Below, in pieces: positions 14,113 through 24,608 of a stretch of 64,000 bases of DNA (the first letter of the stretch is position 1; the number at the start of each line of letters is the position of its first letter). Position numbers and translations under genes: made by a program. The DNA comes from Alphaproteobacteria bacterium (GTDB lineage Bacteria > Pseudomonadota > Alphaproteobacteria > Bin95), in assembly GCA_965205265.1 (NCBI GenBank), contig CBDBGH010000003.1, positions 3,744,001-3,808,000 on the forward strand, read 5' to 3'. The notes beneath the pieces are model-generated. The model worked only from the letters and a program-made list of their open reading frames with translations, was not told the DNA's origin and ran no database searches.

Positions 14113-16087
14113 TCCTCTCGGTCAGCTCGCCGGCCTCTTTCCAGCCCAGGCGAATGCGCAGGCGCCGGGCGATATTGAAGCCGTTTTTCATGCCCTGCTC
14201 GCGCATCAGGCCCAGAATACGGGCCGGAAGCATCTTCCGGGTGCCCCAGGGGCGATCGTAGTTGATGGTGAACCAGGACAGCCATATCCCGCTTATCGCA
14301 GGGCGCAGGCTTTCCGAGGCTTCGGTGTAGCTGGGGTTGCTGTCCGCGCGGAACCGGGGCCGCCGGGCGGCCGGAGCCCGCCTGCGCATGGCCTGGATGG
14401 CCGAATCCACCGATTGCAGGTTCGCGTAACGCAGGAAGGCGTTGACCTCGCCCTCGGGCGGCCAGCCCCGGTCCGGGCCCTGCGACAACCACAACAGCGC
14501 AGTGTGGAGGCCGGGACGGGGCGGGAAAAGCATCCACCCCCATTTGCCGTCCTTTGACCAGGCGCCTTCCATCGCCTGCTTGAAGAGCCGCGCCTTCGCT
14601 GCCGCGACGTCCACGGGGTTCGCCGCCCGGAGATCGAGGCCGGCCGATTCCAACTCGTTCTCAAGTCGCTGTTTCCAGGTGTTCGCGATCTGCTCCTTCC
14701 GGGCTTCCCAGATCTTGTTCCGGTCGCCGCCCGGCGCTTTCGTGAACTTTTTCGTTTGCACGACCGCGATCTCGACGCGGCGGCTGGAGGGCTTTGCGTC
14801 CTCATTCGAAGGCGCGGTCCCGGCCAGGGATTCGAGAGGTCCGGGAGGATTGCGCATGTCCTCGGCAAAGACGGCGACGGCGCTCCTGTAGGCCGTTTTC
14901 TCCCCGTCCATGCAGAGGGTGACCTGCCTGAACCGGCGCGTCAGTTCCCGGATCACCATGAAATGCGCGAGTTCCGAATAGTCGCGGCGCATGAGCAGGC
15001 CGCCGGCGCCGAGATAGGACGTCTCGCCCTGTCTCCTGCCTTCATTGTTGTCTGCCTGGCTCTCCTTCGTCTTCTTCTTCGTCCCGTAGGGGGTGCTGTA
15101 GTGGTAGAGATGATCGAAACGCCGCCCGGCCAGGGGCCGTTCCAGGTCCTCTTCGTCTTCCTGCACGTCCTTCGCGATGTCGGCCACCGGCCTGTCTTTG
15201 CGCCGGAAGACCGCACAGGGATGGGCGGCGAGCAGGAACCAGGTGCGGGGCCTGTGGATGCGCATCACCGTCATCGCCACCGGAAGCAGGTTCTGGCGCT
15301 TCTCATGGGCTGCCGTCGGTGTCCTGAGCGATACGCTCATCGTGTCGAACCTGAGGGTGGCGATCCCGTTGAACGGGCTGTCCTCCGGGCCGGGTTCTTC
15401 CCCGTCGTTCGCGTTCATGAACAGGCGGCGGAGCCGCTTCAGGTAGCCGGGCGCCATCAGGCCGGCATTGCAGAAACTGTGATAGTCCCGGATCTGCCGC
15501 CCCAGGCACGAGAGCAGGCCCTGGTAGAGCTGAAACTCGACGGCGGGGTCTTCGAGAAGCACCATCGAGTTGCGCATGCCCAGGCCGACGCGCACATGCT
15601 TGTAGATCGTCGTCAGGCGGCGGTTCATGGCATCGCGGTCCTCCGGCTTGTCCACCAGATTGAAGGGCTCGCCGAGTTCGACCCCCGACCGGCATTTGCG
15701 GCACCGGAGCCGGTGGAGGTCCTTGCCGCTGTTCAGCCGGTAGTGCTGCCGATGCTCGAAGGCATTGATGCCGTAATTCCCGCAATCCTCGCTGGGGCAG
15801 GCGGCGAACGGGATGCTCTGCCTCTTGAACCAGACATAGGCGGTACGCAGCGACCGGTTCGACAGCAGCCGCGCGGTCAACCTGCAGCTGTTGCACCGGT
15901 AGCGATGGGCGTCCCCGGTGAAAGCGGCGGAAACGATGGTGTAGCGGTCCGCATAGGCATCCATGTCCGGGGCCGGCCCGAAATTGGGGCACATCGGATT
16001 GCGGCAGAAATTGGCGTTGAAGGTGAATCCCGGCTCGACCTGCGGGAACGGGATCGGCTCGAACGCCTCGAGATGAACCTCTTTCAT
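14099..16087 (-). CDS. Large zinc-finger, DDE transposase-like protein (IS1/IS6-like C-terminus)
   Basis: Cys clusters NFCRNPMCPNFG, CNSC, CPSEDC, CRKC; FDT, MDGE, QSVDS..MRRR; C-terminal LPARILGL. Confidence 0.6.
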   Translation of the reverse strand: MKEVHLEAFEPIPFPQVEPGFTFNANFCRNPMCPNFGPAPDMDAYADRYTIVSAAFTGDAHRYRCNSCRLTARLLSNRSLRTAYVWFKRQSIPFAACPSEDCGNYGINAFEHRQHYRLNSGKDLHRLRCRKCRSGVELGEPFNLVDKPEDRDAMNRRLTTIYKHVRVGLGMRNSMVLLEDPAVEFQLYQGLLSCLGRQIRDYHSFCNAGLMAPGYLKRLRRLFMNANDGEEPGPEDSPFNGIATLRFDTMSVSLRTPTAAHEKRQNLLPVAMTVMRIHRPRTWFLLAAHPCAVFRRKDRPVADIAKDVQEDEEDLERPLAGRRFDHLYHYSTPYGTKKKTKESQADNNEGRRQGETSYLGAGGLLMRRDYSELAHFMVIRELTRRFRQVTLCMDGEKTAYRSAVAVFAEDMRNPPGPLESLAGTAPSNEDAKPSSRRVEIAVVQTKKFTKAPGGDRNKIWEARKEQIANTWKQRLENELESAGLDLRAANPVDVAAAKARLFKQAMEGAWSKDGKWGWMLFPPRPGLHTALLWLSQGPDRGWPPEGEVNAFLRYANLQSVDSAIQAMRRRAPAARRPRFRADSNPSYTEASESLRPAISGIWLSWFTINYDRPWGTRKMLPARILGLMREQGMKNGFNIARRLRIRLGWKEAGELTERIGNG

Positions 16088-16339
16088 GCCTCAGACCGTC
16101 TTCACGGCTGGGGCGGCCCAAGGGGCCCCCCGTCCCGGAATAGCACCGGGAAGGAATTTCCTTGTCAAGCGGACCGGTTCATGGGCGCGGGAGGGAATCC
16201 CGGTCAGAGTCCCGGAAACGGGCTCATATCATCCGATTTTGCCAAGAATGACCCATCCGGCAAATCAGTACGGGCTGGAAGCGATTGAAATAAAGGAATT
16301 CACATGAGTTTAGGAATGACACAAAATCTTCATCGGCTA

Positions 16340-16430
16340 TGGCGGAGAGGGTGGGATTCGAACCCACGATACGGGGTTACCGTATACACGCGTTCCAGGC
16401 GTGCGCCTTCAGCCACTCGGCCACCTCCCC
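16340..16430 (-). tRNA. tRNA-Ser(GGA)
   Basis: Minus strand GGGGAGGTGGCCGAGTGG...CACGC-CTGGAAC-GCGTG, long variable arm, GGTTCGAATCC, CCA end. Confidence 0.97.
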
Positions 16431-16526
16431 GGCGGAGCGGAAGATAGGTGCGGGGCGGCGGGCGCGCAAGTTGCCGGCGGCTGTGCCATGATGGCCCGGC
16501 GCACCCGGCGGGAGGAGAGGCGGGCC

Positions 16527-17912
16527 ATGGAAAAGACCTTCCAGTTCTCGAACATGCACCACGAGCTGATGGCCCGCGACGAGGCCTATATCTACGGCTG
16601 GCGCTACGAACCCCGGGTCATCTTCGAGAGCGGCCGGGGGATCGTGCTGAAGGACGTGGACGGCAGGGAGTATTTCGACCTCACCGCCGGCATGATGTGC
16701 ATGGTGCTGGGCCACAGCCACCCGGAGCTGACCGAGGCGATCCGCGAGCAGGCGGACAAACTGGTCCACACCTCCTCCTGGTATTCCAACCCCTGGCTGA
16801 TCGAGTTCGCCGAGCTCATCGCAGGCACGCTGCCGGGCGACCTCAAGGTGGTGAACTTCGCCGTCACGGGCTCCGAGGCCAACGAGATCGCCATGCGCAT
16901 GGCGCTCGGCGTCACCGGGCGCTACGACATCGTGTCGGTGATACGCGGCCTGCATGGCGGCAGCCTGGCGGCCGAGGCCGTGACCAGCGTCGGCGGCGGG
17001 CGCAAGGCGCATCTGGGGCCCCTGATGATGCCCTCGCACCGCAATGCGATCTACGCCCCGCTCTGCTACCGCTGCCCGGTCAACCTCGAATATCCCGGCT
17101 GCAATGTGGCCTGCCTCGACCACAGCGAAGAGCTGATGGAGCACATCACCAGCCGCAACCTCGCGCTCATCATGGCCGAGACGATCCCCGTGGCGGGCGG
17201 CATGGTGGTGCCGCCGCCGGAATGGCTGCCGCGCCTGCGGGCGATGGCCGACCGCTGGGGCGCGCTGCTGATGCTGGACGAGGCGCAGCTGGCGCCCGCC
17301 AAGACCGGCAGCATCTGGGCCTTCGAGCAGTATGACGCGATGCCGGACATCGTCTCCTTCGGCAAGGGCATGACCGCCGGCATGGGCATTGCCGGCACGG
17401 TCACGACGCCGGAGATCGCGGAGGAGGCGCGCGGCAGGGCGGGCCTGCCCTGGGGCGGCACCTATTCCGGCGACCCGCTGCCGGCCGCCGTCGCACTGAA
17501 GCAGCTCCAGATCGTGCTGCGCGACAATCTCGCCGAACAGGCGGCCGCCAAGGGCGCGCGGCTCCGCGCCGGGCTGGAGGCGATCCAGCGGAAATACGAT
17601 GTCGTCGGCGATGTGCGCGGCACGGGCCTCTACTACCTGCTGGATATCGTCGAGACGCCGGAGAGCCGGCGGCCGGACCCGGCGATGGCGGAGCGCATCC
17701 GCTACAACGCGCTGCTGGAGGGGCTGGCCACCATCGCGGTCAAGAACTTCATCCGCGTCTGCCCGGCGCTCATCATCACCGAGGCCGAGATCGACGAGAC
17801 GCTCAGCCGGCTGGAGACCGCCGTGCAGCGCGCCGTGGAGGGCTTCCCGAGGGAGCTCGACTACGCGACCTCAAGCTCGCTCGCCGCCCGCCCCGCCGCC
17901 GCCGCGCAGTAG
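16527..17912 (+). CDS. Class III PLP-dependent aminotransferase
   Basis: DVDGREYFD, TGSEANE, LDEAQ, DIVSFGKG, GDVRGTGL. Confidence 0.92.
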   Translation: MEKTFQFSNMHHELMARDEAYIYGWRYEPRVIFESGRGIVLKDVDGREYFDLTAGMMCMVLGHSHPELTEAIREQADKLVHTSSWYSNPWLIEFAELIAGTLPGDLKVVNFAVTGSEANEIAMRMALGVTGRYDIVSVIRGLHGGSLAAEAVTSVGGGRKAHLGPLMMPSHRNAIYAPLCYRCPVNLEYPGCNVACLDHSEELMEHITSRNLALIMAETIPVAGGMVVPPPEWLPRLRAMADRWGALLMLDEAQLAPAKTGSIWAFEQYDAMPDIVSFGKGMTAGMGIAGTVTTPEIAEEARGRAGLPWGGTYSGDPLPAAVALKQLQIVLRDNLAEQAAAKGARLRAGLEAIQRKYDVVGDVRGTGLYYLLDIVETPESRRPDPAMAERIRYNALLEGLATIAVKNFIRVCPALIITEAEIDETLSRLETAVQRAVEGFPRELDYATSSSLAARPAAAAQ

Positions 17913-17939
17913 CGCCCACCGTCGCCCGGGTTCCCCGCT

Positions 17940-18095
17940 TTGCTCCCCTCCCGCTCGGCGGGAGGGGCTGGGGGAGGGCCTCTCGGCGTGACGGGGCTTC
18001 GCCCGCCGCTTCCGCTGGCGCGCAAGCGGCCCCCCCACCCGACCTTGCAAGCGGGGGAGGAGGTTCCTGGGGCTCTTCTCGCAAGCGGAGAAGAG
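17940..18095. repeat. Alphaproteobacterial REP/RIME-like palindromic element between convergent genes
   Basis: cccctcccgc-tcg-gcgggagggg and ctcttctc..gagaagag hairpins. Confidence 0.6.
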
Positions 18096-18144
18096 GTTTC
18101 CGGCAGCAAGCGGTCCGGGTTCCGCTCGTCGATATGCCGCCCCG

Positions 18145-19659
18145 TCAGAGCGAGCGCCAGTCGTAATTCGCCTCGAAGGCCGCCGCCGCTTTGTAGATCG
18201 TCGGCTCGCCCCACCAGCGCCCGGTAATCATCAGCCCGGCCGGCAGGCCGTCCACCATGCCGCAGGGCACCGACATGGAGGGCTGGCCGGTGTAGTTGTA
18301 GGTCGGGCAGTTGGCCAGCATGTTCCAGGCGTGCGTGCAGTATTCGGTGATCGAGGCGTCCGGGCCCGGCATGGCCTGCGCCACCAGCGGCGTGGTCGGC
18401 ATCAGAAGCAAGTCGTAGCTCTCCATCAGCCGCGCGAAGCCGTCCTTCGCCTTGCGCTGCAGGTTCATGCCCTTGGCGTAGATGCGCCCGCCCAGCGCCT
18501 CCATGTACCAGGCGCCGAGCAGGGTGAAGGCGCGGACGGTCGGCGGCAGCTCGTGCCCGCGCACCATCCAGCGGTTGCTGCGCTCCAGCGCCCCGCCGAC
18601 ATACAGGCCGGGCAGGCCGTAGAACACGCCGCCCTGCAGCATCATCTCCCGCGCCAGCCCCTCCGCGAGCGCCGGGAAATACATCACCGCGGCCTCGCGG
18701 TGCAGCGGGAAGGAGATCGTCTCGACCGCCGCGCCGAGCTCGCTGAACTTGCCGCAGGCCGCGCGGACGACCGCATCTGACTCCGCCTCGGAGCCCGGAT
18801 GGTCGAACCCCTCCTCGATTACGGCGATGCGCAAGCCCGAGACGCCGCCCTCCAGCATTTCGGAATAGGGATGCGTGACCACATCGCGCTGCCGGCCGTC
18901 TATGCCGTCCGCGCCGGCAATGGCCTCCAGCATGAGCGCGTTGTCGGCGACATTGGCCGTCATCGGCCCGACATGGTCGATGCCGGCCTCGATGCCGAGC
19001 ACGCCGGTATAGGGCACGAGGCCGTGCGTCGGCTTCATGCCGTATATGCCGCAGAAGGAGGCCGGCATGCGGATCGAGCCGCCCTGGTCGCCGCCGATGG
19101 CCATATCCACCTCGCCGGCCGCCACCAGCGCGGCGCTGCCGGAGGACGAGCCGCCGGCGCTGTAGCCCATCCGGTGGGGGTTGTGGCAGGGGCCGGTGGC
19201 ATTGCTGTGGCTGCTGCCGGAGAGGCAGTAGTTCTCGCAATGCGCCTTGCCGAGGATGGTGGCGCCCGCGTCCAGCAGGCGCGTCACGATGGTGGCGTCC
19301 ACCTCCGGGACATAGCCCTCAAGGATCGAGGTGCCGTTCATCATCGGCACGCCGGCCAGCATGATGTTGTCCTTGAGCGCGACGGTCTTGCCCTTGAGCG
19401 GGCCGTCGGCCGCGCCCTCGACCCGGCTCTTGTAGTACCAGGCGTTGTATCTGTTCTCCTCGCCCTCCGGCCGGTAGCCGGTGGTGCGTGGATATTTCAC
19501 CGCCGGCAGGTAATCCGGCATTTTCTGCTGCGCGTCGGCCATGGCGGCCAGCGGGGCCAGCAGCTCGCTGTATTCCTGCGCTTCCTCATCGGTGAGCCCG
19601 AAGCCGAGCGAGCGGCCGAGTTCCTGCAGTTCAGACGCTTTGGGACCCTGAATCGTCAT
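18145..19659 (-). CDS. Amidase (amidase-signature family)
   Basis: ALKDN, GGSSSGS, GGDQGGSIRMPAS. Confidence 0.95.
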   Translation of the reverse strand: MTIQGPKASELQELGRSLGFGLTDEEAQEYSELLAPLAAMADAQQKMPDYLPAVKYPRTTGYRPEGEENRYNAWYYKSRVEGAADGPLKGKTVALKDNIMLAGVPMMNGTSILEGYVPEVDATIVTRLLDAGATILGKAHCENYCLSGSSHSNATGPCHNPHRMGYSAGGSSSGSAALVAAGEVDMAIGGDQGGSIRMPASFCGIYGMKPTHGLVPYTGVLGIEAGIDHVGPMTANVADNALMLEAIAGADGIDGRQRDVVTHPYSEMLEGGVSGLRIAVIEEGFDHPGSEAESDAVVRAACGKFSELGAAVETISFPLHREAAVMYFPALAEGLAREMMLQGGVFYGLPGLYVGGALERSNRWMVRGHELPPTVRAFTLLGAWYMEALGGRIYAKGMNLQRKAKDGFARLMESYDLLLMPTTPLVAQAMPGPDASITEYCTHAWNMLANCPTYNYTGQPSMSVPCGMVDGLPAGLMITGRWWGEPTIYKAAAAFEANYDWRSL

Positions 19660-19688
19660 CCGTCCTTCCTCCTCGATCGCGTTTCCCT

Positions 19689-21203
19689 TCAGAGGCTCTT
19701 CCAGTCCTCGGCCTGCTCGAAGGCGTAGGCAGCCCTATAGATGGTGGGCTCGGCGTAGCGCCTGCCGACCAGCATCATGCCGATGGGCAGTCCGTCGCCC
19801 ATGCCGCAGGGCAGCGACATCGCCGGATGGTGGGTGATGTCGAACGGCGCGGTATTGCCGATCATCTCGAGCGCGCGCTGCACATATTCCTCGCGCGAGG
19901 CCTCGGGGCCCGGCAGCGGCGTGGCCTTGAGCGGCACGGTCGGCAGCAGCAGCAGGTCGCACTCGGCCAGCACCTTGTCGTATTCCGCCGCCAGCCGCCG
20001 CGAGAGGTTCACCCCCTTGCCGTAGTAGCGCAGGCCGTAATGGTTGCGGATATAGGTGCCGAGCATGGTGAAGAGTTTGGTGGTCTCGGACATCTGGTCC
20101 GCCCGGTCGCGCCAGCGATGGTGGAAGTCCATCAGGCTCGTCACATAGAGGTCCTGGCGGCTGTGGCCGTAGCCGTCGCCCCACATCATGGTGCCGGTCA
20201 GCCCCTCGACGCCGATGGGGGTCCAGATCGCGGCGCCGATGGCGTGCATCGGCACCGAGACCTCCCGGACCTCGGCGCCCATCTTCGCGAGGATATCCGC
20301 CGCCGCCCGGTTCGCCGCATCGACGTCGGCCTCCGAGTTCGGGTGCCCGAAGCCTTCCTGCAGCACGCCGATCTTCAGGCCGCCGACGCCGCCCTCCAGC
20401 AATTCGGAATAGGGGTGCGTCTCGACATCGTATTGCCTCGGGTCCACGCCGTCGGGGCCGGCGATCGCCTCCAGCATCAGCGCGTTGTCGGCGACATTGC
20501 CGGTCATCGGCCCGGTGTGGTCCACGTAAATTTCAATAGGCATGATGCCGGTATAGGGGACGAGCCCGTGCGTCGGCTTCATGCCGTAAATGCCGCAATA
20601 GGCGGCCGGCATGCGGATCGAGCCGCCCTGGTCGCCGCCGACGGCCATGTCCACCTCGCCGGCCGCCACCAGCGCCGCCGAGCCCGAGGACGACCCGCCC
20701 GCGGAATAGCCCATGCGGTGCGGGTTGTGGACCGCGCCTGTCGCATTGGTGTGGCTGCCGCCGGAGAGGCAGAAATTCTCGCAATGCGCCTTGCCCTCGA
20801 TGGTGGCGCCCGCGTCCAGCAGCCGCTCGACGATGGTCGCGTCCACGTCCGGTACATAGCCTTCCAGCGTGGCCGCGCCGTTCATCATCGGCACGCCGGC
20901 CAGCATCACATTGTCCTTGAGCGCGACGGTCTTGCCCTTGAGCTTGCCTTCCGCCGCGCCCTCGATCCGGGTCTTGTAGTACCAGGCGTTGTATCTGTTC
21001 TCCTCGCCCTCCGGCCGGTAGCCGGGGGTGCGCGGATAGCGCACGGTCGGCAGGTTGTCGGGGAGGCCGTCAACGACGTTGTAGGCCTCGATGCTGCCGG
21101 CGATGAGGCCCAGGAAGGACTGCACATCCTCCTCGCTGAGCGTCAGGCCCATCTCGTCCGCGACATCGCGCAGCTGCTCGGCTGTCGGCATCTGAACTGG
21201 CAT
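19689..21203 (-). CDS. Amidase (amidase-signature family), paralogue
   Basis: ALKDN, GGSSSGS, GGDQGGSIRMPAA. Confidence 0.95.
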   Translation of the reverse strand: MPVQMPTAEQLRDVADEMGLTLSEEDVQSFLGLIAGSIEAYNVVDGLPDNLPTVRYPRTPGYRPEGEENRYNAWYYKTRIEGAAEGKLKGKTVALKDNVMLAGVPMMNGAATLEGYVPDVDATIVERLLDAGATIEGKAHCENFCLSGGSHTNATGAVHNPHRMGYSAGGSSSGSAALVAAGEVDMAVGGDQGGSIRMPAAYCGIYGMKPTHGLVPYTGIMPIEIYVDHTGPMTGNVADNALMLEAIAGPDGVDPRQYDVETHPYSELLEGGVGGLKIGVLQEGFGHPNSEADVDAANRAAADILAKMGAEVREVSVPMHAIGAAIWTPIGVEGLTGTMMWGDGYGHSRQDLYVTSLMDFHHRWRDRADQMSETTKLFTMLGTYIRNHYGLRYYGKGVNLSRRLAAEYDKVLAECDLLLLPTVPLKATPLPGPEASREEYVQRALEMIGNTAPFDITHHPAMSLPCGMGDGLPIGMMLVGRRYAEPTIYRAAYAFEQAEDWKSL

Positions 21204-21220
21204 TTTTTCCTCCCTCGACG

Positions 21221-21937
21221 TCACGCTGCCGGAGTGCTGAAGCCCGTATAGGCGCTCATCATCTCGGCATTGCCCAGGTCGCGGCTGTCGACCTGGCGGG
21301 TGATCTCACCCTTTTGCAGGATTAGCACGCGCTCAGCCAGCGCGGCGATGAAGTCCAGGTTTTGCTCGACGAGCACGATCGTCAGCTTCTGCCGGGCGCG
21401 CAGCTCGCCGATGACGGCGGCGATGTCCTGGATGATGGAGGGCTGGATGCCTTCCGTCGGCTCGTCCAGCAGGATCATGGACGGGCGCGCGCAGAGACAG
21501 CGCGCGAGCGCCAGCAATTGCTGCTCCCCGCCGCTGAGCGCGCCGCCGCGGCGGTCCAGAAGCTCGGTGAGGCGCGGGAAATATCCCAGGATTTCCCCGA
21601 TGCGCGCCTCCGGCTCCTCGCCGCGCGGCACGCCGACATGCATGTTCTCGCGCACGGAGAGGTTGGGAAAGATCTCGCGGCCTTGCGGCACCAGCGCCAT
21701 GCCGAGCCGGGCGCGCCGCCAGGTCGGCAGGCGCTGGATTTCCCGCCCGTCGAAGCGGATGGAGCCGCCGCTCACATTGACGAAGCCCATGAGCGCGCGC
21801 AGCAGGGTGGTCTTGCCCATGCCGTTATGGCCGAGAACGCCGACGAGCTCGCCTTCCTCGACATCGAGCTCGATGCCGTGCAGGACCGGAACCGGGCCGT
21901 AGGTCGCCCGCAGGCCGCGTATCTCAAGCAGCGGCAT
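21221..21937 (-). CDS. Urea/amide ABC transporter ATPase (UrtE/LivF-like)
   Basis: GHNGMGKT, LSGGEQQ, LLDEPTEG. Confidence 0.92.
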   Translation of the reverse strand: MPLLEIRGLRATYGPVPVLHGIELDVEEGELVGVLGHNGMGKTTLLRALMGFVNVSGGSIRFDGREIQRLPTWRRARLGMALVPQGREIFPNLSVRENMHVGVPRGEEPEARIGEILGYFPRLTELLDRRGGALSGGEQQLLALARCLCARPSMILLDEPTEGIQPSIIQDIAAVIGELRARQKLTIVLVEQNLDFIAALAERVLILQKGEITRQVDSRDLGNAEMMSAYTGFSTPAA

Positions 21938-22661
21938 TCGTCTCCTTCCCCAGATAGATCTCCTGCACCTCCGAATGCGCCATGATCTCCTCGACATGGC
22001 CCTCGATGAAGATGCGGCCGCGGTGGAACACGGTGACCGTGCTGGCGATGTCCTTGATGAAGTCCATGTCGTGCTCGACGACGATCAGCGTGTTGTCGCC
22101 GGCGAGGCTGCGCACCACGCCGGCGAGGCGCGCGCGCTCCTCGCCCGCCATGCCCGCCGCCGGCTCGTCGAGCAGCACCAGGCGCGGCCGGCCGGCAAGC
22201 ACCATGGCGAGCTCCACGAGCTGGCGCTGGCCGTGGGCGAGCGTGCCGACCGCCTCGCCCGCGATCTCCGGGATCTGCATGAGTTCGAGCATCTCGCCGG
22301 CGATCTCCGCCGCCCGGTCCGCCCGGTTCCTGCGGCTGGCCGCGAGGCTGACATTCTCCCGGGCCGAGAGGCCCTCGAACAGGTTCGGCACCTGCGTCTT
22401 GATGCCGATGCCGCGGGCGACGATCTCGTGGGTGTGGCGGCCGCCGATCTCCTCGCCGTCGAACAGGATGGAGCCGCTGCTCGGCCGCAACTGCCCGGTG
22501 AGGCACTTGAAGAAGGTGCTCTTGCCCGCGCCATTCGGCCCGATCAGGCAGCGCAGCTCGCCCGGCGCCAGGCTGAAATCGACATTATCCACCGCCACCA
22601 CGCCGCCGAAGCGCATGGTGAGGCTGGACGTGGCCAGGATGGACCCGGATGCGGCGCTCAC
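21924..22661 (-). CDS. Urea/amide ABC transporter ATPase (UrtD/LivG-like)
   Basis: GPNGAGKS, LAHGQRQ, LLDEP, VEHDM. Confidence 0.92.
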   Translation of the reverse strand: MSAASGSILATSSLTMRFGGVVAVDNVDFSLAPGELRCLIGPNGAGKSTFFKCLTGQLRPSSGSILFDGEEIGGRHTHEIVARGIGIKTQVPNLFEGLSARENVSLAASRRNRADRAAEIAGEMLELMQIPEIAGEAVGTLAHGQRQLVELAMVLAGRPRLVLLDEPAAGMAGEERARLAGVVRSLAGDNTLIVVEHDMDFIKDIASTVTVFHRGRIFIEGHVEEIMAHSEVQEIYLGKETNAAA

Positions 22662-23674
22662 GGCGCGCCTCCCCGCGACGGCAGCCGGACGAGCGCCATA
22701 CCCTTGCGCAACCAGTCATGCAGGGTCGGCACGATGCCGCGCGGCATGAGCAGCACCAGCAGCACCAGCACGGTGCCGAGGATCACCAGATTGTTGATGA
22801 ACGCCGTCTCGCCGAGCTTCAGGGAGAGGTATTGGAGGGCCACGACGCCGACGATGGGGCCTATCAGCGTGCCGACGCCGCCCGCCATCACCCAGATCAG
22901 GCATTTGGCCGACATTTCGAGGCTGAAGGCGTTCGGGTCGATGAAGGTCTGGTATGTCGCCCACATGGCGCCCGACGCCCCGCCGAGCGCCCCGCCGATG
23001 GAGAACACCATGAGCTTGTAGCGGCGGATGTCGTAGCCGAGCAGGCCGGTCCGGACCTCGTTTTCGCGGATGGAGATGGCGATCCGGCCGAATTTGGAGC
23101 GGATCAGCACATGGAGCAGCAGATAGACGAAGATCAGCAGCCCCATGAAATACTGGAACATCTCGCCCGGATCCATTTCCCGGTCCGTGAACGGCACCTG
23201 CATGATCGGGATGCTGGGAATGCCGTTGAAGCCGCCGAGCCGCGCCTTGCCGATGGCGTATTCGGGCCCGGCCGTGTGGCTTATCAGCTTCCACATGATG
23301 AGGGCGACGACCAGGGTCACGACGCCGAGATAGACGTCGCTCAACCGCCCGTAGAACATGAAATAGCCGAGCACGGCCGCGAAGGCGAAGCAGAGCGCGA
23401 TGGTCAGCAGGAAGGGGACCGTGGTCTCGCCCATATTGATCGAGATCACCGCGAAGGCGTAGCCGCCGAGCCCGAAAAAGCCCGCCTGGCCGAAGCTGAT
23501 GATGCCGCCGAAGCCCCAGATGTAGGCGAGGCTCAGCGCATAGATCGCCAGCACGACATATTGCGTCATCTGGAGGACCTCGAAGAGGTCGAACCAGGCC
23601 GGGACGAACAGCAGGATCGCGAGGAAAACCGCCGCCACCAGGGCAACGCCGCGCCAGTATCCGGGTGCCGCCAT
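22658..23674 (-). CDS. ABC transporter permease (UrtC/LivM-like)
   Basis: Multi-TM; SFGQAGFFGLGGY, IRENE. Confidence 0.9.
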   Translation of the reverse strand: MAAPGYWRGVALVAAVFLAILLFVPAWFDLFEVLQMTQYVVLAIYALSLAYIWGFGGIISFGQAGFFGLGGYAFAVISINMGETTVPFLLTIALCFAFAAVLGYFMFYGRLSDVYLGVVTLVVALIMWKLISHTAGPEYAIGKARLGGFNGIPSIPIMQVPFTDREMDPGEMFQYFMGLLIFVYLLLHVLIRSKFGRIAISIRENEVRTGLLGYDIRRYKLMVFSIGGALGGASGAMWATYQTFIDPNAFSLEMSAKCLIWVMAGGVGTLIGPIVGVVALQYLSLKLGETAFINNLVILGTVLVLLVLLMPRGIVPTLHDWLRKGMALVRLPSRGGAP

Positions 23675-23686
23675 CGGTTCCCCGCC

Positions 23687-24553
23687 TCAGAGGCTGCGCG
23701 AGAAGATGCGCCCGGTGATGCCCTGCGGCAGCAACCGGAGCAGGATGAGCGCGACGAGCAGCAGCGCGGCGTCGCCGAATACGGGCCCGGACAGGAAGGT
23801 GACGCTCTGGCTGAGCGTGCCGAGCATGGTCGAGGCGCTGAGCGTGCCGGCGACGATGGCCGTGCCGCCCGTGACCACGGTGATGAAGGCCTGCCCGATG
23901 AAATAGATGCCCATGCTGGGCACGACGCCGGCTATCGGGGCCAGCAGGCCGCCCGCCAGCCCGGTCAGCGCCGCGCCGATGCCGAAGGTCGCCATATAGA
24001 CCAGCCTGGAGTTGACGCCGAGCGCCTCGGCCATGTTCGGGTTCTGCATGGTCGAGCGCGCGATCAGCCCGAAGCGGGTGTATCGCAGCACGGCAAAGAT
24101 CGCGGCGAGGATCAGCGCGGCCGCGAAGATCAGCACCAGGGTGTAGCTGGCCATCTTGTAGTCGCCGATGTCGAAGCCGCCGAGCGGCGTCGCCACGCCC
24201 TCCACCGTGTTGCCGAACACGACGGTCACGGCCCCGATGAGCAGCAGGCTCAACCCCCAGGTCGCAAGGATGGAATCCAGTAACCGGTTGTAGAGGAACT
24301 GGATGATGCAGCGCTCGACGACGATGCCGAACACGCCCACGAACAGCGGCGCCAGCACCAGGATCGCAACCCAGAGGTTCACGCCCAGCTTGGTCGTCAG
24401 CACCACGGTGTAGCCGCCCAGCATCAGGAACTCGCCATGCGCGATGTTGATGACCCGCATCATGCCGAAGATGATCGCGAGCCCGGCCGCGATGAGCACC
24501 AGCCCCGCCACGGCGCGCAGGAGCTCTATGAGGACGATAAGGGCGTAATCCAT
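23687..24553 (-). CDS. ABC transporter permease (UrtB/LivH-like)
   Basis: FGMMRVINIAHGEF; multi-TM. Confidence 0.9.
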   Translation of the reverse strand: MDYALIVLIELLRAVAGLVLIAAGLAIIFGMMRVINIAHGEFLMLGGYTVVLTTKLGVNLWVAILVLAPLFVGVFGIVVERCIIQFLYNRLLDSILATWGLSLLLIGAVTVVFGNTVEGVATPLGGFDIGDYKMASYTLVLIFAAALILAAIFAVLRYTRFGLIARSTMQNPNMAEALGVNSRLVYMATFGIGAALTGLAGGLLAPIAGVVPSMGIYFIGQAFITVVTGGTAIVAGTLSASTMLGTLSQSVTFLSGPVFGDAALLLVALILLRLLPQGITGRIFSRSL

Positions 24554-24608
24554 GAAGGAACCCCGCGCCGCCGCCCCGGCCGGGGCGGCGGACAGGCGGC
24601 AAGGTCTT

